Assembly: GCA_040954595.2 (NCBI GenBank)
Contig: CM082587.2
Location: forward strand, 3,728,275 to 3,792,274
From: Balanoglossus misakiensis
Taxonomy: Eukaryota > Animalia > Hemichordata
DNA length: 64,000 nucleotides
Reading direction: 5' to 3'
The notes under the pieces were generated by a model, which was given only the letters and a program-made list of their open reading frames with translations, was not told where the DNA came from and ran no database searches. Shown one piece after another: positions 12,263 through 27,200 of this stretch. How positions within the stretch are numbered: the stretch's first letter is position 1; every line of letters starts with the position of its first letter. The position numbers were made by a program, and so were the translations under genes.

Positions 12263-15200
12263 ATGGCTGGTCGCAAATCGAAGAAGCGAGAGCGGGAACC
12301 GGCGTGCTCGTGCGCCCGGCTTGCACCGCGACTGATTCTCACGTGGATGCTCCTCTCGCTGATCGTGCTCGCCTTCCTGGCCTGGTTCATCGTCAAGCCG
12401 GCCATACAGGACAAGCGCTTCAGGAAGACCGAGTGCACGGTGTACAACATACAGTACCGGAACGAGTGGCAGGGATGCCGCTGCGGTCGCTACTGCTGGT
12501 CGCAGTTCCCCTGTGTGCAGATATTTGTGAAGTACCGCGCCGAGAACGAACATAGGAAGGGTCACTTCGAGACGGGACTCGCTCACGAGGACGAAACGAA
12601 CCTGAACACATATCCACAGGTGAGCTTTATTGTTCGTGGTATTCAATGAGACAATTCTCCCATTGTCTATGCTTGTATAGCTCCAAACGAATTATCAGTA
12701 CACTGTCTCTCGCCCGTGATCTCCCTGTCTCTCTGGCCCTCTCCCCTCCCCAAGTGACGCTGTAAAAGTAAATCGCGGAACACTCAATATTAACATTGAC
12801 TTTAAAACCACAGCTCTCGGTCGATATTAACTCCAGCCATTAAGGTTCGAACCAATGTTCAATCAGCCACTTCTAATTGTTTAGTATGCGCCGTCACGTC
12901 ATTACGACCTATATACAAGACATTTAGCGCCAATTCCCTGCAACGCATTTGAACTTTCTCGATAATAACGAGGCGCTGTGAATATTCAGGCGCCAGAACG
13001 TGAAGTTTTGCCGATGTGACGTTCTTTCCCATTGTAGTAAATCGCGAATCGATATTCTCGCGTGAAACTTTCAGTGCGAATGGAACTATTTTGAGATAAT
13101 TGCATACGGATAAACTCTTGATGAAAACAAAAGTTCCAGCAGTGCTTCGCGTATCATAATGACCGGTAAGCAAACGCTGGCTCTGAAACCAGGCCGCTCA
13201 AAAAACCTTCACTACACCCAACGCCACGCATTCTCTTTCACGTACGTTCATTAGCTCTTGCAATATTTATAGTCCAGGTGGCGATGCAGCCAGCTTCCTT
13301 TTATTATATGCAAATTAAGAAATAACTCTTCCCTGCACGTCGAGACGGAAGCCAATTATGAGTTAGCGTACATCAATGAATATTTGATCCATTTACACTA
13401 TACTAAACACACATCGCGTACATGATCAGGTCATTCAAACAAGTTGTGTTTATTTTCCAAGGGCGGTAATATTGTCGTATTAACCCTGCATTCTGCAATT
13501 ATTTGAATATTCCTTGGCTGACACGTACTTTGGTTTTACCATGTGTTCAGGGCCATATTGCGGATTAAGGAAATCATGGGTAACCGCCACGTGTTGCATG
13601 TTTCCATAAAGCAGATTATATGTACATTTGTACTCTATAAGCGGCAAATATCCTCCAAAATGTCAACGGACGGCGGACTTGCATACTGAATAATCTGCTT
13701 CGTCATTCGGATAAAAGTAGCGTGCAATCCAGCAATCGATCGATATCTATGTTGGAATAACGCAATGCACATTTATGGGATATGTGAAGTGGAGCGTGAA
13801 GTCTGGCGCGTGGCATAAATTTAATAATAATCTTCAAGACTTGAATATGCAATTTGGTCGATTCTGTGACGTGTTTCTGAGGTTTCACAGCTGGGGCAGT
13901 TGAATTTTTGAATGTGAATACTGTGGACGTTTGGTTCCAGAATATGCAGAGGTGTGCATGGTTGTGTGTCTTTGTCGAGGTGCATGCTTTTCAAGCGTGT
14001 TTTTAGATCATGGCGAAATGCACGAAAAGTCTAGAGAAAAATATTACAATGGTGTGGCAACGCTATAGCTTGGAAACATACAGGATATATAACAGGAGTC
14101 TGTCAAATTTGCGGAAGGCACGTTGCGACTTGTTAAATGGGATGTGAGATTCATTATAATCCTGCAAATGGGCCTATTTGTAATACGAGGTATGGATTTC
14201 TCGCTCTGCTGGGCATTGAATATTTCTTTCCCCCGTTGAAGATTAATGTACATGTATAAACACTCACAGAAAAAGATGGAGCGTTATTGTACACTGGCAT
14301 CGACTTCTTGAAAAGTGATACTTGAAACTTACCAGTCATACACACGTGTCACACTTAGCCGTGTATTACTTAGCAAGGTGCCCGCTGGCAATACCGAGAT
14401 CACACCTAAACATCACTTCGTCGACATATTCCCATTCACTACAAAGTGTTCAATCTAACGATAGCAACTTTGCCAAATTCGCGCCAATTGACGTGTGCCT
14501 TCCACGCGGACAAACGCGCTCCATTTACTTTTACAGAAGATAAATACCCATTTTGTCATTTTGGACCTTTTAGCTGCAACTGTGTGATTTCCCTCTTTCA
14601 AACACACGACAGTACATTACATGAATTCCCCGTTTACCGTGCTCATGAGAGAACGTTTCTCACAAAGCACACAGCTCTCGCAGTGTTTACATTTGTTGGA
14701 TATTAAACGTCACCTAGCCATTCGTTAAAGTGAGTACAGCGACCTGGAAATGTCAAAGCTTTTTCCCGCCCCAAATCAAATACCCATTTTGTCATAAAGA
14801 ATTTATTTCCAAGTGTCGTGTTTATTTTTTGTATATGACGCGGTTTCGATTTGATAACGCTTTTAATTGACAGGAATCAATTGTAATGTTTCGGATTTAG
14901 CACGAATTTGTCATCTGTCATGGCGGCGCGAATGTACAATTTCTTAAAATTGTGTCGGTGAACAAATATCAAATTATTAATTATGAAGACGACGTAGTAT
15001 CTCGCCGGATAAAAATCTTGTCTTTCCGCACGACTGCTTGCAACAGGAAACAATTTGGCGTTCTACTTCTGAAGTTGTTAGCGACTCTCACATCCCATTA
15101 AATTCAAGCATTGTTCAGAGCAACTAGCTAACCAAACAACCCCCATTGAATGAATAAAGACACTGAAATTGATCAAAACTTGTCCTTGAAAATCGGTTGA

Positions 15201-18200
15201 TTCATAGAGATATTGATAATCATTGACCTTGTTGATAACTTGGGAAAGATTCATACAAATACAGGCTGGTGAAAATAAATTTGGACAAATTGGGAATTCC
15301 TGAAAAACATGATAAGCGTCGCCGTTCCTCGACAGTGGCCAGGTGGTAATGTATGAAAATTGACGTGTACATACATATAGATGTTCTATCTCCTGATATT
15401 CACACATTCCATGTTCATTCTATACTGTGGCCTGGCAACAAATTACAACGTCTGTACATGAAAAATGACAAGCTCTCCAAATTGACCTAAATAGGTAAAG
15501 TCAGACAATAATATGCCTCACTAATTTGCAATAAGCATTACAGGGTTATCTGTGAGATTATTATGACATTATTTAGCTAGGGTTGTTCTGTTCGTGTGGG
15601 GAGTAGTTTTGCTGTGGCTGTCTGCAACATGCTGGACTGTGATTGTCAATGTAAATCCCTATATACATGTACTCTGAAATAATCCAATAGATGATCTTCC
15701 GCTCATTGCGAGATCTCGCGAGACTTGGTTAATTACTGCAGCAACGGGTTGCTAGCCAATTGTAACTTTGGTGCCGACCATGTGTTGTTGTTCTGTGTCT
15801 CGTGATGTTTGTCCCGCGTTACATGAATATCCCCCCCATATGAACGTCCTGGCCACGCCCAACACATTGTCAATAACTGTCATTTCAACAGAAGGAGGTT
15901 GAAGTATTCTATCGGTAAAAAAATATGCTATAAGTGGCAGCTCATGGGGCTTTAATCATAACGCTATGCTTTTCACTTCATCATCATCTGCCATAATGCG
16001 ATAATGCTCATCATTTCGAACAGAGGACAGTACATCACGCTGTTTTTAAGAAAACCTTATCGGTCAAGGTTTCTAAATTTCCTCAATTAATTGTCTGTTA
16101 TTGAACGCGATTGAACGAATGCAATCTCTGTGAGGTATTGATTGGAAGAGAAGATACACGCCAATCGCACCTGCCGGGGCATGTATCTCGTCAAGCTCTC
16201 TTCTCCGTTTTTAATTACCACCAATCGTATAGAGTTTCGATCGGACCCGATTGAATTAATGTTTGTACAGTGGAACGTGATATTACACCGCGTGATAGCC
16301 TCAAAAAAGTGCAGCGCACGTAACACGATGATGAAATGTGAGGGTCAGCAAAAGATATGGTTGTCATGAGAACGATGACCATCAGACTATAGCGCGAATA
16401 TCATTCGCCTGATGAAGCTATTCTCCTATAGCATCAGTGTTTATTTCAAGGACTGCATTCTCCCCCCTTCACGATACTGTAAAGACTCAGATAGTTTCCA
16501 CGGCAACAGTTTGGCTCCCTTGCCGCCGACCGTGACGGCGTCTTTCATGTGTTTTGTTTCAGAGCGAATTCGCACGCAGCTTTGATCTTGTTCATCGGGT
16601 TCGTCTCGAGCTGAGCGATTCATAAACCATTTGTGCGCGCACTGCGCGATATCTGTCACTGATAAAAGAGTCCGCACGCAGGTTGAGACAAGTCTGAATC
16701 ATATCAAGTTTTTTTTTTCTATCGACGACAAGGATACTTCAGTGTTTGCCTAATGAAATCGCCACCTCGGTGAAGTGCACTTGACAGGGCAGTGACCTCG
16801 CTGACAGTTATGGAATTGAAAGAAAGCATCTTAATCAACAAATGCAAAAGAGTATGATGACATTTTGCACCTGACCTGTTTTTGTTGTCAACTGACAGCC
16901 GTCTCAGGGCTGAGTGACGTTGTACTTGACGACATCCGGGCACCGATGCAAATTCAAAACCGCGCTCAAGAGTCACCTAGGAGAAGCCGTTAAAATATTT
17001 TTTACCAGAACGCGAGAACTATGAAATTATCCTTTATTGTTAACCCAGTCATAATTTTCAAGGGAATCATTCAGACGTTACCCTCAGTGCGTCTAATAGC
17101 TGTGTCAGGGTTGATACCTTTTCACCAACTGCGAAACCTCATAGGATAATTTTGTCCGAGACAAGTTTCCTTTTTACCATCGGAGCGTCTTTTCAAACCC
17201 AGTTTAAACTCAGGGGAGATGAAACGTGTTTTCGATTGTCCTGCCATTGCTGTGATAATCTAGAGATGCAACCAACTGAAACACGAGAGAGAATCTTGCT
17301 GGAGGACGAAAGCGTACACAAAGCATGATAGTTAATAAAACAGGAAGAGCCCCCAAAACAGTCTAATTGTGCACAGACATTTGACGTCGTCCTCGCTTCT
17401 GTGCTTCTGGTTACTACCACAATATTCGAGAAAGGGGCGACTGCACAGCGCAGTAGACTGTTGCCATGGTGATTGCAGGTCTATTAGTTCAACTAGGAGA
17501 CGCAAGTGATGGTAATTATCTCTATTAGAGAAAACTAGCTGTCCACAAACTATAATGTTCAACAGTCTTTGGATCAATTCAACAAGAAAAACCCAATGGT
17601 CGCTTCTTAATATTTAAATATTTAAGAGTAGACTGCTGCCTGCCTGCCTGTCTGTCTATCTGTCTGTCTGTACGGACGTACGTATCTATTTATGCAAGTG
17701 TCGTAAGTAAATAAGTATTATGCATGAACAAACGGATAGATGGATGGGTAGACAGATGAATGTAAAAGCCTACTTTCACATGAAATCCACACCAATACCT
17801 TACGTCAGTGTGATCAATTTTACATTTTATGATTCGAGACATGGATGGTGCCCCAGGCACATACATCAGATTCGCAATGTTCGGCGACAGCGAAAACGTT
17901 TTTTTTTTAATATAACAAAGACTAGTAAATGGAAAGGGCACAGTTTACGGTCAATATAATTCAGGGCGACTCTCGGCTCCCCATGTATAGGTGGTGCCAT
18001 GATGAATTGTCGGTTGGAGGAGTTATCATGAATGATAACAAACATGTCACGACACCGTTTGTAATTGTTTGTTGATGGGTTTGTTCGCGTGCTGCAACGC
18101 TTGTCCTCTGTGGATGACGATATTTCGATAAGAAAGATAAGTAGAGCACTTTGATCGATCTCCATGCATTACCTGCGTGATATAGCGGCAATTCAACAGC

Positions 18201-21200
18201 GGACAACCCTTCAGTTGGAATAGAGGACAATGTTAAAATCGCGCGTACTCCACGGCTCCCTGGTGTGTACAGATATAAGTGAAATTCACTATAATAAATT
18301 ATGAAACATTTCGTTTGGAGATTTAACTCAGATTTAAAACAAAAACTTGGTGGGCGTAAAGACAGTACAGGCTTTGATGATCACACATACAAATTAGAAG
18401 CGATCTGAAATCAGACCGTTCCGGCAGATTCTGCTGACGAGAAGGAAAGTTGAACATTCATCCTTCTGCCACCCCCTTGGAGTTGGCGAATAGACACGCC
18501 CTCGTTTTGTAAACGTTAAACCGTCTGCTTCCATAGACATGATGTAACATCCACGCAGAGAAGGATATTCAAAAGGGGAGGATAAGGGTAATGTCTCTCG
18601 TATTGATTTTAGCGAGTAATTTATCTGATCCGCCAGCTGCGAATGGACCAACATTGATGGCTTCGAGCCTTCTGCAAAACCTCTTCAGTCCGCAATAACA
18701 TAATATGCTCCGCGTTGCATTTCTAATCTTGGAGACACGCCGGGGATTTTGTATGACCTTTTATGTTCTTTTTAGCGATGTCTACAATCCAAGAGACTGA
18801 GCAATGATTTAAAAGGATAAAGTAAAAAGTGTCTTAAGGTAGTCCGTGTCCCGGGGACAGATTTTCAGAGACGTCTGTTATATTAATCAAACATTGTTGT
18901 TTAGGTAAAAAATTCTGACGTCATTGATTTTAAAAATAACATTACCAATGAGAAATTTTACAATACATTTCCATTTCCCGTGTCGTCATTTCAAAACTCT
19001 CTGCTCCTCAATGTCAAAGCCTTTGCTGAGAATTTGCCAATTACCGAAACTAAATCACCATGGTTCATTTTAGGAGTCTTTTTCATAACCATCGCACCAC
19101 TGTTGCTATTCTGTACATTTCCCACGGAAAAATGTCTTCATAGACTGTTGCCATTGTCGTGGTCTATAACGCAGTCCACGCGAGCTCTTTCTCTCTCGCT
19201 GGCGTGCTTCCAATTAGAGTGCGCTGAAGAGGTAATTAGCATACCAATCGTCCAGATACGAGTTCCACGATTCGCCCAAATAAACCTATTTTTGGAATTT
19301 GGTAAAAGAGTACCGCGGAACAGGATGCGGTAAATTATTCCTGATGAGACCGCTCCATAATGCTGCAATTGAAAGTGATTATATAGGATATCTGATGAAC
19401 TTGATGGGGTCTTTCGTGATACGTCTTCTGTTATTTGTGATGTTGCAAGAGGCATGTCGACCCATTTTACATTTTCGCGCACGCACCTTAAACGCCAGAA
19501 TTTATTTTATTCAATTGTGGAGGGTTTTGATGAAATGTCCTCTTTTCCTAAGAATAACGCGTGGTGGTGTATTATGTGGTGACAGACCTCACGGAGACAC
19601 TGATGAATTGAATTCCGTATCCATGAAATTATTTCGATGGCAAACCAAGGAAATTCTAATAATTGCTCTTACATAAATTAATCCGTCATTTGCGGTCATA
19701 GAATGATGACAGTGTATGTAATTAATTTACAAATCTTTCAGGAGTACTTGGCTGGATGATCAAATGATCAAGTGGTATAAAGTAAGAGAGAGAGAGATTC
19801 GCTCAAGTCTTCTTTTAGGGCTATTTACCATGAATCTTGAGACAACGGAGAGGCGTCTCGCTTTGGCGTCATGTCTATCTTCAAAGCCAGTAGATCAACT
19901 TTGGATTTTCCAGCGTTTTAAACAGATGTACATGTACATGCTGACCAAGCCTTAAGGGGGAAATTTAGCTTCGCTCTACCGATGGAGGAAAAAGCTAAAT
20001 CACAGAAATTGTCTAGGAATTTTTCTAAGGTGAAGTTCATGTTGGCTGGGTAAATTTGCTGCAACAGCATGTCATTTCAGTACTGTGCGAAAGGTGCCTT
20101 TGTATCGTCTTCGAGTCTATCGTATGGAAAATTGTCTGATACCGAACAACGATATACATTTTATTGCTGACTGATAACATTATGTCATTTAAAAGAGAAA
20201 TGGCACGTGTTTGGCACGGGTTTAAAACGTGACATCGACGGCAAGCATTAGACAATCGAAATCCAGGCCAGCGAGTTTCCCGGCAGGCTAGCATGTTGCG
20301 CAGAAGATACCTGTCATCAATATCACTGAAGTTTGCGTTTTTCTTGAGAGCCTCTTCCCACTCGTTTCATTCCCCTCAATTATCGCTAATGTAACGTGCA
20401 CATGGATGAATTTCCTGATGAAATTGACCTTGGGGCGTAATTTTGGCTTACCAGATAATGTTACACTAGATTCGGAAGATTTTTAGGTCAGGTTCAGCCC
20501 GTGTTTGCTAGGTTATATCAGGTGTTTTAATAATAAGCGATGCGCGCTTTTTTCGTCCGTCGTTTTTGGAAACTGCGTAGGATCCAAATCGACTCCTTTC
20601 CGATCGGTTGGTACTCTGCTGAAAAGGGGGAAATGAATAAAACATTCCCAGTATTATCTCTTGATTTAATTTAAAAAAATAATCACCTTCAACATTTGCA
20701 TATACATGGCGTGCCGATAGTTAGGAACGTGACAGGTTATAGCTGTGTGTAAACTTGTATGTGCATACATGTATAGTGTATGTGTGTGAGAATGAAGATA
20801 TGCAAATTTGTGTATAATAGACGGAGTCACAAAGGCATAGTGTAGCCCTATCCATTTCCTGTCAGAACCATCTCGTCGCCAAACGTCAGTTCATCAAACC
20901 CATCGAATGCTTTCAAACATCCATCTTATTAGTCTGCGGTGATTAGCATGCCACAGTATCTCCGTGTGGAGCGGTTTTAACCGCAATCTGTGACTGCTTT
21001 TGAGTAGCAGCGACTGTTGGTCGTCGCGGCTTGTTTGTAGCCATGACAACACGTCCCCCTTTTTACACGCAGTCATTGAGCTGCCGAATGCTTTTCGAAA
21101 ATTACTCTCGTAGTCATGCTCATTAGGCTACGGCGAGGCTAATTTGCGTGATGTCATCGTCCATTTCATTTTTGTCCTTTTGCAAAAAAGTATATGATTT

Positions 21201-24200
21201 GTAACGTGATGCCGTAGACAGTATCATAGAGCTGCCCACATAAATGATAGACTCTCATTTGTAAATAATCTGTCAGTCATACTCTGCTCTGCGCAAATTT
21301 GACAGCGTATCTCTTGCCATTAACTTTATTTCCATCTTTACCGGCATGATCGTAAAATACAGCCAGGGGGTCCGTCGTATATGTGAGAAATTTATGCGCC
21401 ATAAACCAAATAGCAGTAACTTCAACGCGTTCTTGGCTTTGGGAGAGTTTTGCTACATTAAAAAGGCCGTAAAGTGTGATTAAGGGGAAGCCATATTCTT
21501 GAGTTACAACGTAGGCAACATGATGTACATGTTGATCTGACACGAGATATCTGAATGTCCTTCGTTCTTCAAAATGCCACGAATTGGCAGTGGCCTCGTT
21601 CTAACTGTTATTGTTCAGGCATTTCCATCAAGAGGGTCATAGGCGTATAAGATACTGCCGTTTCGGGGTCCTGGTAAACTAGTTTAGGATAAGAAATAAT
21701 GGCGTAGACAGTAGGTAGGGTGAATACACTGCGCTTGAATACAGCCGCAACTGAATGATATCGGGTCTCCAAGGAGCTAGCTTCAAGAAAGTAAGCGGTA
21801 CACACGCCGAGTGAATTAATTACTCTTTACTGAAGTATCCCCAGGCAACATGCCGCATTTGATGACACACGTCCAGGCTACATCAATTCAAAGTGATGCA
21901 TGCACCAGGTCTAGGCAAAATTCCCAACACTGCAGTACACTACATTACACTATACTACACTATACTCCACCACGCCACGCCACGCCATGCCCAACTACAC
22001 TACACTGACTACCAGAGAAGGTGGTGGGTACTCTTTCCCACTCAGTCATTTACCTGGTAAAAAGCCGGGCATCAATTATTCAGTCTACTAACTTAAGTTC
22101 CTATCAAGAACGTATTTGCGTTTCTCGCGATGACCTTACTTTCTGTCAGGTATTCATGCTGGTTGCCCGTCGAGCCTGGTTTGAATACAAGCTTTCTTGG
22201 AAATCAGGCGATAGTTGTATGCGGGCTCTGAGTTCATTCTGCCGGGCGAGCAGGAAGATAATGGCTAATTCAGTCTCCATTATAGACCTGCTCGAAGAAA
22301 TCCTCGTGCGCTTCAATTACAATCTCCGAGCTTTGTCCTTAATTCGTTGCCCTGGAAACGTCGGCTTTATTAAGGAGACGATATCACCGTGACCGTATGC
22401 GAATGCGGGCGACTCTAAGACTAATATGCATGGAGAGTAAAAACCGTTGCAAGAAATACACAGCACGAGAGATCCATCTAAAAATTATCGTGTGGCGTAT
22501 ATCTTAAGTTATCTGTTTCCAGTAGCCCTCTTGCACATTATATCTAATGACAATCATGTACAAAATGTTAAACGAGCAAACTACACATATGTCACAGCGA
22601 GGTGCGGTTCGGCTCTTTCTTCCTAAACACCGGGGAGACCCCGCGAGATAGGAAATAGGCACGGTTTGCAAATCAAATTTTAAACCACACATATGTGTTT
22701 GCTAATTTGATTTCAAGGAACACATGAGACTGCTTCAACTGTAACATTTATAAGTCACCGGTTGACGACGTCATGAAACTAGACGCTCGGGAGATGTTCT
22801 GTAATTTCCGGCGACGGATTCACAGGAAACAATCCTAAGCCAGATTTATGGATTAGGCCGGAAGAGAGGCATTTACTGTTATTTGGGAAATCAATATTAG
22901 TTTTATGATCATTATGGATATTTATCAAATAATGTACCCCTACTGGGTTATTTTTGAACACTTATATATTAGATAATCTTTTTTTCACACCTAATTCGTC
23001 TGTGATAACAACCCTTGCCCCTGACTGGAGGTTTGCCTACGTAGTCCAAGGCAAGGTAGAGAAACCCTGGGGAAAATTCTCGAGGAAATTTAAGTCATTT
23101 GGAGCTTTCAATATTTGATATATTGACATTTGTTGGGGCGGATTGAGTTGTGGATAAGCATACATGTATTTACCGAGAAACTACGTTATTGAAAATGTTG
23201 ATAATGAGATAACATAGGCCTACACTAAGAATATAGAAACCATCTTGAATATCAAATGCCTTGCAGCCTACGGAGGAAACGTTATACCTTGATAGAAAGG
23301 TTTTACTGAACCTTGTTTATATATGCATATGGGCATACAAACATTTCAGAGGCATGTAAATTTGCGTTATGGAAACGTTTTAATATCAAAAATTCGCCAC
23401 CATGGTTACCAGAACGAGTATACACATTTCGCCGATTCCGTGATTTCCGATCTGCGGCGTATTCTACGAGGCGAGGGATTTACAGCGCTTTTGAAAGGTC
23501 GTAAAACACTTTTCATTCGCCTCTTAAAACTTATTCCTGCATGGGCATTGAGACGTTCGAGCACTTGTCTCGAGTGATTCTTTGGATAAGACACTGCGTA
23601 CAGTGGCGATCAGGCTGCCGGAAAACTGTTTTCCCCCGTGGCGGCTACTACAGAAAGAACGGGCATCTCTCTGTGAGATAAGCATACTACGTGTTATACA
23701 TACATCCACGGTCATTCGTACATCCTATATCTCAAGTAAATGTCGATGCCGCGTTGTATACATGTACATTTTCTTCTCGGGCGATTGATTTGCCGTATGT
23801 TTGTTTGTTTGGTTGGTTGGTTGGTTGGTTAGTTGGTTGGTTGGTTGGTTGGTTGGTTATTTTTCGTCTGTCTATTTGTCCTCATCTGTTCAATTGACTA
23901 TACTTTAATCGCTAAGACTCCAAATATATATTTTAAATTTACATCGAACGTTTACCTGTACATCGACTTTCATAGACTATAACGCTGATCTGATAAAATT
24001 CTGTAAGGTTTGCAAGACAAGCTAACGGGAATGGTTTAGTGGGCCATTAAGATGACTATCCCAAACAACCTTCCCATGTAACCATAACTTATGTGCACAG
24101 TCAGATAAAACAGTGTATATACAAAACAACGTGCATCTCCAATAAATGCAGCCAATGCTGACGTGCCCCGTCTTTAATGAATGTCATGAACTTTATAGAA

Positions 24201-27200
24201 AACTCAAGGCATATTATAAGGGGAAATCAATTACGACCCGGATATTAGGTACAGTAGAAAAACATTATAGCGTTTGACATATTACAGCGTAGGCAGGAAA
24301 ATCGATGCATGATAAAACAGCATGTGTACCTGTGATGTACATGGACTGCCAGCGTTAATCCATTGCAGTACGGTAAAAGATAGAGACTCAGTCCAGTGCA
24401 GGCATTGTGGGCTCCCTTACCAAGGAGCGTTCGAGCGATGCTGGCCGATACATGAACATCCAAGCACTAATTGCCTCATGGATACATCAACCATGAAATC
24501 CAACGCCGCTGCCATCGTTAGGGTAACATTTCGGAGGATGAAATTTCCAGATAAGCTTTCGAAGTGTCCATTTTAACAGAGTCTCGCCGTATATCATTTC
24601 AAGCGAACACTGGGTAATACTGCAATTTGCAGCAAATGTCGGCCTATATTACAGCGAAAGTCATCTTTATATGCAGAATCCATACAGATTTAGCCTCGAT
24701 AGGGTAATACAACAGCACTAATGCATTTTTGTATTACACAACGAAGTATAAGCTTAGGGGAGTTTGCACATTTCGTAAATTTCACTTTAGAATTTCTGGT
24801 TTTCTAGAATTTTTGAAAGAGGTCTCGAGTTGTTACTCTTCAATGCACCGATCGATGTGCTCCGTGAGTCCAGCGATTCAGAAGTGAATATTTCAGATCA
24901 CGTCTTCAAAAATATCAGATACGCATCAATTGTACCGCTGGAAAATGATGCTTGGAATGTGGAAAATTGTCAATTTGTGCGTGTGTCTTGACTTGGAAGA
25001 CCTGAAGAAGAAAATCATACGCGTAGCAAAGGTCAATGTTCACGCTTGTAAGATTAGGCCAGTGAAGGATCTTTCTTTTGGACTGAATTGTATGCTTCTC
25101 CCGGCTGTTGAATTGCTTTGGCGGAGCTTACGACACATCTGAGCAGAAATTAGACTATTCTTGCGATAAGATACCGGGATGTCACGTTGATTAAAAGGTA
25201 TTCCCTCTGTACTTCAATTCAGCGGACTATATCCTTTTAAAAAACATCGGAGTGCTTCGTACAAAAGAAGATTTCTTGCAATTCGCGCAGATCTTACAGA
25301 TACGACGAGAAGCCGACGACGAATGGGGGGGGGGGGGGCTTTCGCTGTTCCGAAATAGCTCCGTGTTGCACTGATAAAGCTCTCTGCATTCACGGCGTGT
25401 TTCTTCTTCTGCATCCCCGTCTATATCGCTAAAGCTATCATTTAATGGGGCCCTGGGAGTCACCGGCACATCCGCGTCTGTTTCCGCACCGCGGAGATAA
25501 CACACCGAAGCCCCGCGCGTAAAGCCTTTTTTTCTTTCCATTCGCACATGCAGAAAATCCCGCAGTGTCCGATTCACTTTGCCACGGGTTATCGCATCGC
25601 GGCTGGTGCATACATCTCCTGATTTGGACCAAAGCTGATTCATTATAGAATGCGCGGAGGAAGTACATATACAGACTCGTACATATAAAGGCGCGGATTT
25701 TCTACCATAATACGCCGATGCATAAAAAGAAGTAAGCAGCTTGATATCTTTCAAGAAGCAGGGTAAATCTTCTTCTGCACATAGCAGTCTTTCCCGAGGA
25801 GATTTTACCATACTTGAGACGTATATCACGCTTTCACGCCTTCTCAATGTCGAGTAGTAATTTCCATTGACATATACAAATGGTTTCATCACTGAGTGTG
25901 GTGTTATCGCTGTCTTTTATATACAGTGCCTAATACTTTAATGGGTTTCGGTCAATTTCTTATCAAAAGAAGATATCCACTATTTCGTCATTAAGCATTA
26001 AGAAAAAAAATAAACCTTTAAATCGACATTTTACGATTTGCAGGGATGGGAGAGGACAGTCCGAATGTTCTTAATATAATCATTTTCAGCATGAAATGAA
26101 CGTGTTTTGTTTTCCTTTTGGTAATTGATTATCTGTTTGTATGACAGAATGATAAACGTAATATTTCCCAAGAGAAGCATGCTGGCGTTAGCTTTCTCTT
26201 GATTCAATCGAAAACGGAAAAGCTCATTTCTTCTAATTATGTTTTTTTTCCTCGGGCGTTTTTAATTTCAATTTTGTCGCCTTCGAACGTAAACGCACCT
26301 GACCAGTCCGAGAGCACAATCACACATTTCCGGCCGATGGTTTGTGTGAGATTATTTTTCTCACGTGACCACAAAATCTGTAAACTTCGCCCAAGAAATT
26401 TCGAGTCTACGAGAATCTAATCTTGTGTAACGTCTCTTTCAAACTAGCAACAAGATGAGCTCCGCTGCATGTAAACGCTCACAAGGAAAGAGATAAAAGT
26501 CTTTCACGATTTGCCACTCTCATACATTCGAAGACGTAAATGCTGCTATGGCGTCCTAAAATTTGAATTCTACTCATTGGTTCAAAATGGTTTATCGTTT
26601 CTTATCGGATGTAAGCAACAAAACCTGGGGTCTGCAAGAATATTCAACTGAGACATCGTATATCCTGAACACAGACACCCCTATGCATTTGGGACACAAA
26701 TACCTATTACTAGTATTACGTCTGGGACATGAGATTCCGTTATGGCACCGTTAGATTTGCATGTCATGACGTGGTTCATATTTCTTATTAGAAATCAAGA
26801 ACATAATGCGTCAGTCTGGGAGAATATTCATGTGGGACGTTGTGACCAGAAGGCAGAGACCGCTGTGACCCTACGCAGAATCAGTATGCGTCCAAGCACA
26901 TGCATGCGATTGTTCTAGGAGTTTACAGAAACGAAGACAGGCTGATACAGATTCAGACTCTGTTAGTAAATTGAGACACGGGTCCAGTTTACATTCGTAT
27001 TCTTTGGAATTTGAGTGGTTCTCTAATGGAGGGTGATCTTACATCTGAATGCCTTGGTACTCGGCGCTAAACGACGTCGCGGTCATGGAAATGCATTTGC
27101 TAATGAGAGCTATTTGAAGTTCCGTGCACTCGATGCAAACATAGCTGACGGCCGCGCACCAGAAAGGAATGAAAAGATGTTCAAACAGCGAAAATAGAAG

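Noticed and set aside
14542-14795. 18-bp direct repeat AAATACCCATTTTGTCAT, 236 bp apart
   Set aside because: Only two copies and no internal structure; not CRISPR-like or LTR-like.
18835-19491. Possible TTAAGGT...ACCTTAA-bounded DNA element
   Set aside because: Only 7 bp of terminal match and no second copy in the window; cannot be supported without a repeat library.
25227-25892. 221-aa minus-strand ORF nested in the KCNMB-like intron
   Set aside because: No recognisable domain or codon bias, no ATG at the listed start, and it runs through a poly-C tract; probably spurious.
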